Part shown: positions 54,993 through 64,000 of the stretch, piece after piece | Position numbering within the stretch: the first letter of the stretch is position 1 | How the letters are laid out: each line of letters opens with the position of its first letter | Assembly (NCBI GenBank): GCA_013239625.1 | Contig: MU054001.1 | Coordinates: forward strand, 1,866,151 to 1,930,150 | DNA length: 64,000 bases | DNA from: Lama guanicoe | Taxonomy: Eukaryota | Reading direction: 5' to 3' | The notes under the pieces: generated by a model | Database searches by the model: none | Seen by the model: the letters and a program-made list of their open reading frames with translations, nothing else | What the model was told of the DNA's origin: nothing | Position numbers and translations under genes: made by a program

Positions 54993-56399
54993 CTAACTGG
55001 AACAAGATAAAGCATAAGTAAGTAAAAACTTATAAATCACCACTTAGAGTATATGTCATTCAAAAAAAAACCACTGGTAAACAAATAAAGGATGGTCTCT
55101 CAAAGGACTTAAGTAAGCTCCGTATACTACTGATTCCAACCATGTTCACAAAAGCAGAATAAGTGTACTCTTTATATTTGGATATGCAGTGAATTCACTA
55201 AATTATGCAACCTCTGAAATAAAATATTCCCTAATACTAGGAACCTCAGGCAACTTGGTTTCTCAGTACATCAGTTTCTTTGTCTATAAAAGACTAAATA
55301 AGTACACCAAATCTATCATCTTAAATTCCTAGATTTATTTTAGGTAAAGCTACCCAGTTCCTGGAATGGAAAAAAAAAATTTAATAAGTATTTAACTGTC
55401 TTTTAAAGATAAACACTGCAAAGATAACATAACTGAGAAAATATAGAGAGAAATATATTGAATTTGAGTCAGCTAATTACAGGAAAAACAATTTTTATTT
55501 TACTCAAACTGATAAAGTACAAAATTTTAAGATAAAACAAATTTTACACAAAATATATGAAACCTAACCACTATACTATCCAGTTTTTCCTTCTTCTTAT
55601 AAAAGAACTAACAAGATATCCAGCAGTTATCTTTCAGAAAAATAGTGACTGATTTCCAATAGAATAAAACTTAATATACTTTATATGGCTGCTGCTTAGT
55701 CAGGTAAACTAAACTGAAACTGGACAAGAAAAATAACCTTTTTTTTTTTCTTCCTTCCTCCAGATTCCAAACCATGTCCCGTCACAGCAATAACAATGTT
55801 TAAAATTACTGGTTAAAAAAATTTCACTAAAAAAATATTCACTTGGTTAACTTCACTTAATAATGCCAAATTACCACAAAACATCAATTTCTACAGCTAT
55901 TTGATAAATAACAGCTACTAATGACCTAACCTATAATTTTTACTCATCAGCACCAGAAGCCTCATTAAAAATGATAAATTTACTATCAGGCTGCCTACAA
56001 GCTAACCACTTTAAGGATTGCTAATTTCCTGAGAATATCAAGACTACAAGACTTTGGTATTCTGCACCATCACCAAGTATTACATAAGCTCATCTACTAC
56101 TACATTCAAGTTAATTTTTTCTCAAACCTTCACATTTAATATAACCTCTATTAAGATACTAATCACAAATAAACTTTTCAAAACCTGAGGTACATTGTTA
56201 AAAAGATCATGTCAGTTACAAATCTTTATAACATAAATATGAAGTCTACTCATTCCTCTCAAAACATACACTATAAATATGGGTTTCACACACATAGCTA
56301 AACCTATCCTGACTGAGGCACCTATCACTCAGATAAAAGCAGTCCCCACCTTCTAAAGCACTTGTCTTATGGACGGTACTCAAAACTTGGTTTCTTACC

Positions 56400-57262
56400 T
56401 TTTTCCCCACCTCATCTTTATCTCAGTACATCTCACCCTCTATCTAGTTCAAGCCAGGAACCTGAAAGTCATTTCTGACACCTTTCATTTACAACCAGTT
56501 CATCAAGTTGTCAATTCCCCCACCATTCCCATCTTCCGCCTCTATCAAATCAAACTTTACATATACACATACACATATATCACCTTTTCTATTCTTTCAC
56601 CTCTACAGCTGCTACCCTAGTTCCAGTTACCATCATGTCTTACCTCAATAACTATAGTAGCACAAAGTTTTTGCTTTCACTCTTGCCTTTCTCCAGTCCA
56701 TTCTCAATCAAAGTGATATTTTTAAAATTTAAATTAAAGCATTCTGCTTCAAAATCTCCAATGACTGCAATGTCCTTAGTAAAACCCAAAGTCTTTAACA
56801 CGCCCTGCAAGGCCCTATACAATCTGCTCTCTGCCTCTCTCTCTTTCATTTTGCATGGTTTCCCTCTATTACTATGCTCCTGCCACGATGAATTTCATTT
56901 CTTCCAACATATTAATCTCTTTCTTGCCTTAGACATATTTTTCACCCTTTTAGGAAACTCTTTTCCTGCCTAGTTTCTTACTCTTTATGTCTTAAGTATC
57001 TGCACCTGGAAGGCCTTCTCTGACCACACAAACTAAATTCCTCCCCATTATCCTCTCTTATAGCACTCTGTTCTCTTCTCTTATTGAATTCATCCCAAGC
57101 TGTAATTTTACATTTCTTTGGTTGTTCATTATCTGGTTCCACTATTAGACTATAGATTCTACAAAGACAGGGATCACATTATATCACATATAACTAGTCA
57201 ACAAGAAGATTAAGGGATCTCTTAATAAATCTGCCTAATGAATGAATGAATGGATATGAATG
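56400..57262 (+). mobile_element. L2 3' relic
   Basis: Pyrimidine-rich L2 body, ccactattagactatag...gacaggga, ending in (tgaa)n. Confidence 0.65.
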
Positions 57263-60200
57263 ACCTGGAGTCCAGAAAACAAATTATAGCTCAAAGTGGC
57301 TTCCCCTCCTCTGGGTGTCCCACTGTCACTTGATCAGCTTTCCAACTGTTTCTAAAAGAGAGCAAAAAGTGTTCCTGTAAACTCAAGGGCAATAAATTGT
57401 ACATGATGCCAAATAAGTGAGACAAATAATAATGCTATGATTTCATGGGAAGGAGAAATTCTTAAGGGTTACAAATGACAAGGTGGAATTTGACCTGAGT
57501 ACTCACAGATTGGTAAAATTCGGAGAGGTGGACTGTATGGGAGTGAAGCCCAAATAAGGAGCAAAGAGACACAATGTGTTAAAAAAGATTTCTAAAACCA
57601 GAATGTGGCAACTTATATTTACAAAGTAAATTAAGTGTAAAAAAGCTAAATCTACCATCATATAAGAAATCTGTATCTTGTTAAAACATATTAATCATGT
57701 TAAGACCACAACATCTACAAACCATTTGAAAGGTTACAATAAAATGGTTCTATCTCCTCAGTGTCAACAAATTTCTTCTGATGTCAATACTCTCATAATT
57801 AGTTTTCATAACTCATTTTCACTCTGACCAACTACCTCAAGTTTCCATTTGCTTATCTGTGTTCTTTATTCACTATACTGGTACCTGATGAAATTTCCCA
57901 GTAAATTATTTCAATCATATTAATTTTTCCTTTATAGACTTTGATCTCTCTAGGATTTCATTTTTTTCCTTCTCTGTCAAAGTATTCAGTTGACTTTTTC
58001 TTCTACTATATTTATATCAACGATCTAACTCTTCAGAAAATCTAAAATGTTCATATGTACCAAAATTTTTATTTTACTACTGATAGAAACTTCAAAAGAT
58101 TTCACTTCTGATTCTGTAATGCTACTTCAGTTCCTGCCTCTTAAATTTATACAAGAAGCCCCTCCTTCAGTTCCATCTTGTTTCCCTAGGTAAACTGCCA
58201 AGGTCTAGTTCAATGCCTTATGGAAGGAATTCAGTTATATTAGATAAGGGGTTTAAGAGTCAAAAAGTTTCTAAAGATACTTCCAAGTTAAAAATGCTAT
58301 GATTAATCTTATCTTGTCATGGGCTTTTTCCATGAACAATCCTTTCTTATCTTTATTCACACTTGCCCACTTGAGGTTGTTCTAAAGATGTATTCAAGTA
58401 ATGCCATCTTACCTGAAATACCAATAAACCACTATTTGCTTCAAAACCTCTGTCTTTTCTAATACTTAAATCCAGGTATGATTTTTGCATTTCAGAGGAA
58501 GACATCATAGAATACTTACAATCACAGAATTGTAAAACTGGAGAAAACTAAGATTCACAGCATTTAAGAAATTTGACTACAACTACACAGTAGTAAAGTG
58601 ATAAAGTCCTGATTCTCTCCAATCAGCATTCCTTCCAAGTCAAGAAGGCCTTTACTGGTTACACCAGCAGGATGTTTTCTTCCTAATGCTATCTTATGTC
58701 CCTAGGACCTCATCTTCTAACCAATCACAAGGTTTTTGTTTTTTAACTCTACAATATCCACTCTCCTAAAACTGTTTAAGGATGACAAAGATGCTGGAAG
58801 CAAATGCAGGAGGCAACTACTCTGTTTTTTTCTGGATCATTTTATGTCTATCCTATATGATCTGCAGTTTACAGGAAACTCCCCAAGGATAACCAGGACC
58901 TGCCAATACTTTGTAGTATACTATAACTAACGTGAAGAGTTAAGGCAATTGAAGCATAAATAAAAAAAGTGTTGGACATAGTTCAACTCGCTTGGAGCAA
59001 CAGATATTTTTTCATTTAACAAGTATTTATCAAATATCAATAACATGGAAGGCTCTGTGATATGTTATTTACAAGTCACATTTAAATTCAAGTTCGGTAA
59101 ATCCAAAGAAACACTATGTTCATCCTCTTCTATTGCAAAGAAAACAAAAACAAAACACATACACACAAAACACAACCCTCCTTCTGCAATGTGGAATCTC
59201 CCCTTAAGTTCACCTTCTGTGCATTCAGGTGTTTGTAGACCTAGTAGTTCTAAGTACCTGTAAAATTATGCACAGAGTTTAGGTTAAGTAACACTACAAA
59301 TACAAGCCCCCTTTTCTGTTCAAGATCATAGCTACCTAAGTAGAATGGGAGAGTATGAAATCAGAGAAAAAGAAAGGGTGAAAAGTGGAACGCAAAACTG
59401 AAAAACTAAATTGTGATAGTAATTGCATTAATGAAGATAAACTTTATTTAATGGGGAGTACTCGAGGGAGTTATGAGTATTTCACATAAATCGATAAAAA
59501 TCACAATAGTATCAAATCCAGGGTTATAAAAAAGCAGCCGTATAACAGTTAATAGCACAATTTTTAAAAATTCTTGCCTACTTTGTTCTGAAAAGTTTTA
59601 TTTTCCAAAAAAAAAAAAAAAGGCAAAACAAAACCAAAAAAGGAACAAACAGAAACCACGCTGAGCTGGCGACTGCGACAGGCCAGTCAGACACCCAGGC
59701 TTTCCGGGTCGTGTTTGGCTCTGGGATGGATGTCCGAGAAGAGAGCCCTGGAACCACCCATCACGTCCCACACCCAGATCCCAAGAAAGCAGCAGCAGCG
59801 GCGGAGGCTGGACACACACCGGGGCTGGCGGGGTCCGGGCCAGGCTGTGGAGGTAGAGAGGTCCCCGGGACTGCCCCTTGGGGCGGAGGATCACAGAAAG
59901 ACAGTGCGGTCGCAACCCGGCCGGCCAGGCCTGGGAAAGCGCCGGGGGCGTCCCGGCCTCGAGGGCACCCAGGGCTCGAGCGGGACGCCCTGTCATGAGT
60001 CACGGAGGCGAGAAAGCAGGCGGGCGGGGGAAGAGGCTGCAGGATGGAGGGAAGCCCGACCCTCGAGAGGGAAGCGAGCAAACTGGAGGCCCCGACCTCC
60101 CGCTGGGCGGGGAAGGGGAGTCCTGCCCACCCACGCCCTGCCTGCCCTGCCCTCACCTCCATCCCACGCAACAGGCGGGGCGCCGGGTCCCGACCCCGGG

Positions 60201-60423
60201 GTCTGCGGGCTGCGGGGCGGGGGCAGCAGCCCGCAGCCATGACAGGCGCGGGGCGGGCCGCCGGCGGGCTGGGCCGCGCGGGCGGGCAGCGCCCCCTCCC
60301 CTACCTCCTCGCGCGCCCGCCCGCCCCCGGGCCCTCACCTCCGCGGCGGCAGCGGTGTGGCCCCGTCTGTCCCGACCCCCACCGCACCCCCCCGGCCGAG
60401 CGGCGGCGGCAGCACGTACTCAC

Positions 60424-60520
60424 CGCCGCTCGCGGGCTCTCGGGCTTCGCCATGACTGAGGCGCCCCCGCCGCCCCCCGCTTCGACCGAGACTGACACGC
60501 GCGGCTGGCCGGGTGGGGGC
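60424..60520 (-). other. CHD9: Candidate first exon B, or extended exon 1, of CHD9 (5' end approximate)
   Basis: Consensus donor GCG|GTGAGT (GT at 60423-60422). The segment contains gtcATGG at 60453. Confidence 0.55.
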
Positions 60521-60664
60521 GACCTCAGGCGACCACCCGGCTGACAGAACCTGCCCCCGCCTCTCCCCACCAGTTGAGCAGCGACCTCTGCCCCACGACG
60601 CCCCCGGGCTTCCTCCCCACGCCTGGGGCGGCGGGTGGCAGCGACGGGCGGCGGCAGCACTTAC

Positions 60665-60750
60665 CGGCGGCGCGGCCAGGCCCCCCTGTCAGCGCGGGGC
60701 CGGGAGGGAGAGGAGGGAGGAGTGAAGGGGCACCGCCTCCCCCGCGCCGC
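60665..60750 (-). other. CHD9: Candidate non-coding first exon A of CHD9 (5' end approximate)
   Basis: Consensus donor CCG|GTAAGT (GT at 60664-60663) lies ~100 bp downstream of a minus-strand CCAAT box. The TSS cannot be determined from sequence. Confidence 0.6.
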
Positions 60751-60761
60751 CACGCACCCGC

Positions 60762-60872
60762 CTGATTGGCCCAGTTCACTCCCCCAGCACGACCCCACCA
60801 GCCCCTGCGAGCGGCACTCCGGCAACACCGGCGCGTCATTTGCATATTTGTGCCCGCGCCGCTGATTGGCCC
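60762..60872 (-). promoter_or_regulatory. Two NF-Y-type CCAAT boxes flanking an octamer (ATGCAAAT) overlapped by a half-CRE (TGACG)
   Basis: ctgattggccc at 60762-60772 and 60862-60872; ATTTGCAT at 60838-60845; CGTCA at 60834-60838. Confidence 0.7.
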
Positions 60873-61185
60873 GAGTTCGGAGGGGCGGCTGAGACCGCGG
60901 CAGCTCCTGCCGCCGCTCCCGCCGCGTCAGGCGACCCCAGAGGGAGGATCCCTTCTGCTGCTCTCCTTCCCTCACGGCCCGGCCTGACCTGGGGCCGAGG
61001 GCGGCGGGAGGCGGGGGTTGCCGCCCGGCTCCAACATGGCCCCGCCGCGCCGCCGACCCAATCGCCGGGGCGGTTACTCCGGGAGCCCCGGGCAGCCTCG
61101 GGGCGGGGAAGTGTTGGGGCCGGGCGCCCTCTGGCCGGAGCGCGGGGCAGTGCAGTGGCCCGGCTCCCCTTGCCGCCCCGCCGCG

Positions 61186-61253
61186 GCCGCCACGTCAGGC
61201 CGCGCCCTCCCGGCGACTCTCCCTTCCCCGAGGCCCCGCCGCCACGTCAGGCC
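61186..61253 (-). promoter_or_regulatory. Two TGACGTGG elements (UPRE-like / CREB3-XBP1-ATF family bZIP sites)
   Basis: An identical 16-mer, gccgccacgtcaggcc, occurs at 61186-61201 and 61238-61253. Confidence 0.6.
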
Positions 61254-63454
61254 CGACAGGCACGCCCCGGCCGCCAGCTGACCGGTGGCGGGGTCGGCGC
61301 CGAGGTCACTCACACGCTGGGCATCGCCCCGCCAGCCCCGGGCCGCCGAGGAACCGCGAGGGTTTCCAGAGCCTCCCTCTTAACCCAGCCGTGGTTTCGG
61401 ACCCACGTTCTCCTTTCGCCCGAGACCGCGGTGGGGCGGGCGCGTCTGTGCTGTAAAATCGGGAGCGAGGAGAGTGGCGCCGCGATGATGCAGCGATTCA
61501 GTCCCGGTGCTAAGCACCTGCCGCGGAAAAGGCTCCAGGCTAAGGAGAGACCCAGCCCCAAGTCCTGATCTAGATACAGAGCGCGCACCTCAAGTGGTGG
61601 GGAGCTGGGACTGACACTGGCCTTCCCGATATTCAGGCCCACGCTCTAAATTGCACGACTATAAAGGGAAAGAAAGACCAAACCAAGGAAAAAGAAGAAA
61701 AAAAGGAAGGAAGAAAAGAGGGAGATGGTGACACTGGACCAGGAGTAAGGAGGGTATTATGCTAGAAAACCACTGGCCCAGGCGTGGGGACTCCTGGGTT
61801 CCCTCTAGCTCGGTCACTAATTAACTGAATGACCTACATTAAATTAAAACGTGTCCCAGGGCCTCGGTTTTCCCTTCTGTAAAAAATGAAGAGGCCGGAC
61901 ACACTTTGGAAAAGCATTCCGGCTCTAAAATTCTATGGATCTCTCTTTCGGGGCCTGAGCTGGTTTTAATACCTGATTAAAACTTTACCATCCATATTAG
62001 AATGAGAGAAGACAAAATAATGGAATGTTAGAACTTCAGTCAGCCTACCATATGTTTGTTCGAAACTGTTTAGTGTTTCAAATCCAGTGAGGGTCATATT
62101 TAGCATTCAACGTTCACTTGACAGAAATCTTGTGAATTTCAGTCTCTACAAAGAAATATACAGCAATGTCACTGCTTGTTTATGCCTGGCCAGAAAGGAA
62201 TGGCTGCGGTATATAGAGTGCTACTTGCCAAGTAATTTCATTCTTTATGTTCCCCGCTAAAGCTTTCCCCAGTTGATCAACACAACTCAGCTTAGCTGAG
62301 ATACTGAAGAGGCTGGGAGAAAATCCTGCTGAGAAAGAAGTTACAATTACAGTTTCGATTCCCCTCAAGGATACTTAGTAACAACCACACGCTAGGATAA
62401 GAATGCATGGAAACAGTCCATCTCTGAGCTCCTTACACTACTTATTTGAATACTGCTTTAGTTTGCAAATTCAACCTGTTGAGTCAAATTTAAGGCCAGT
62501 AACATCTCATTTATCTGGCATCACTGGGAGAATAAGATATTCCATTTAAATGAAAACTTTACCTACTTTACAGAACTTTTCTCCTCAAGAAACTGACGTT
62601 TTCTTGAACACAGCCCTTTGAAAATTACTTAACTCTTGGTGATTAAGGAGCATCCTTATTAATATAAACATTGCATTCTAGTATGCCCAATGAATGCCCT
62701 CAAAATTATGTAATTTATTTGTCCCTATAATAAAGGACTTCTAGAATGCTGTTCTTATGATTACTTTATAAACTTAAATCTGGTTTGTTTGTTTGTTTTT
62801 GGTGTTTCCTTTTCACTACTATGCTGACACTTCTCCATTTTTCTACCTAACAACTATCTTTCCTGTTTTTGTTTTGTTTTGTTTTGTTTCTCCAATGCTT
62901 GTATTCTACTATGAACTTAGACACAGGTTCTTCTATTAGTTTAGACTTTCAATTTTGAGTAAAGATTTTCTGTGGGTTCTCCTCTGAGAACTTACACACA
63001 AGTTTCTGTGACATCTATTTTGACTGCTCAATGACTGGTTTTCACTTATTTCTTAAATCTCAGTAGCATTCTTGGTAACTGAGGTTTCTGGATATGTGCG
63101 CTCTGGAAAAGCTGTTGCAAAGGATGGCTCTGAATCCGAGAATTTAGAGGCTACATTAAATTGCAATTTAAGTTAACAAGAATCAGTATCATTAACAACA
63201 TCAAAATCTGGCAACACTGGCCTATTAGTTCCATCAGGCAATGGAATGCCCAGAGCCAGGTGGTAGCAAGGCTCTCCGGGTCCCTCTATCCCACTCCAGA
63301 GTAAAAGTGACTCCATTCCTACCCAATGCCTTTCAAACCAAAAAGACCCCATATCTGCAGACACAACGACTCAAGTCACTAGGAAGCCTGTGCTACAACG
63401 GAGAGCAGTTCTCCACACCCCGAATGATGCGTTCTACACATGTACTCAGTAGGG

Positions 63455-63660
63455 TAACATTTACTGAAATCTACCAGGTCCCAGGCACTGTGTTAAGGAT
63501 TTTTTATTTTATTTTATCTACATAATGACTCCATGAGAAAGGGATTATTTTCCCCATTTTACAGATGGAGAGGGCTTAAAATCTTGCCCTGACTACATAA
63601 TCATTGAGCAGTAGAGATAGGATTCAAACTTAGCATGAATTGGTCCTGAAAACTGTCACT
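63455..63660 (-). mobile_element. MIR SINE relic
   Basis: ccaggcactgtgttaagg...attattttccccattttacagatggag...ggattcaaac. Confidence 0.75.
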
Positions 63661-63661
63661 C

Positions 63662-64000
63662 TTTTTTTTTTTAATTGAAGTATAGTTGATTTTCAATGTT
63701 GGTGGTGTACAGCATAGTGATTCAGTTATACATATACGTATTCTTTTCCATATTCTTTTTCATTATAGGTTATTATAAGCTATTGAATATAGTCCCCTGT
63801 GCTCAACAGTAGGACCTTGTTGTTTATCTATTCTGTATACAGTAGCTTGTTTCTGCTAATCCCAAACTCCTAACTTACCCCTTCCCACTCCCCTTTCCCT
63901 TTTGGCAACTTTTTTTTCTATGTGTGTGGGTCTGTTTCTGTTTTATAAATAAGTACATTTGGGTCATTTCTTTTTAGATTCCACGTGTAAATGATATGTG
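63662..64000 (-). mobile_element. L1 3'UTR (cetartiodactyl type), running off the window edge
   Basis: Poly-T followed by aattgaagtatagttgattt...tattgaatatagtcccctgtgct...ttttagattccac. Confidence 0.88.

Larger units (their letters stand above)
59650..61650. promoter_or_regulatory. CHD9: CpG island / CHD9 promoter (possibly an alternative proximal promoter)
   Basis: There is an abrupt shift to very GC- and CpG-rich sequence in an otherwise CpG-depleted AT-rich window. It contains GC boxes, CCAAT boxes, an octamer, CRE-like sites and minus-strand splice donors. Confidence 0.92.

Noticed and set aside
59598..61642. Many overlapping 60-242 aa ORFs on both strands
   Set aside because: They are P/R/G/A-rich products of stop-codon scarcity in a CpG island, with no recognisable domain.
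1..64000. CRISPR arrays, operons or prokaryote-type defence systems
   Set aside because: The sequence is mammalian intron and promoter DNA, with no regularly spaced repeat-spacer array and no gene-dense segment.

Overview
Mammalian genomic DNA, probably camelid: it carries tRNA-Ala-derived vic-1-like SINEs and cetartiodactyl-type L1 3' ends. The window covers the 5' part of CHD9 on the minus strand. A CpG-island promoter (~59.65-61.65 kb) has at least two candidate first-exon donors. A ~27 kb intron follows, then the large first coding exon (33358-31736: 165 nt of 5'UTR plus 486 codons, MTDPMMDFF...LCLQRQ), then >31 kb of the next intron. No other coding exon is visible. The rest is AT-rich intron filled with L1, L2, MIR, MaLR/ERVL LTR and DNA-transposon relics, several with clean target-site duplications (TSDs). 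I see no new multi-gene system. The most interesting structure is regulatory. (i) Alternative 5' donors would include or exclude a strong-context upstream ATG, and they feed a uORF-dense UTR. (ii) The promoter contains three duplicated modules: twin TGACGTGG 52 bp apart, twin CCAAT 100 bp apart flanking an octamer/half-CRE, and a twin 14-mer beside two donors. (iii) There is an isolated perfect 14-bp hairpin. (iv) One SINE keeps most of the tRNA-Ala fold and has an immediate Pol III terminator. Repeat subfamily names are from pattern recognition, not a database search, and old-repeat boundaries are approximate.
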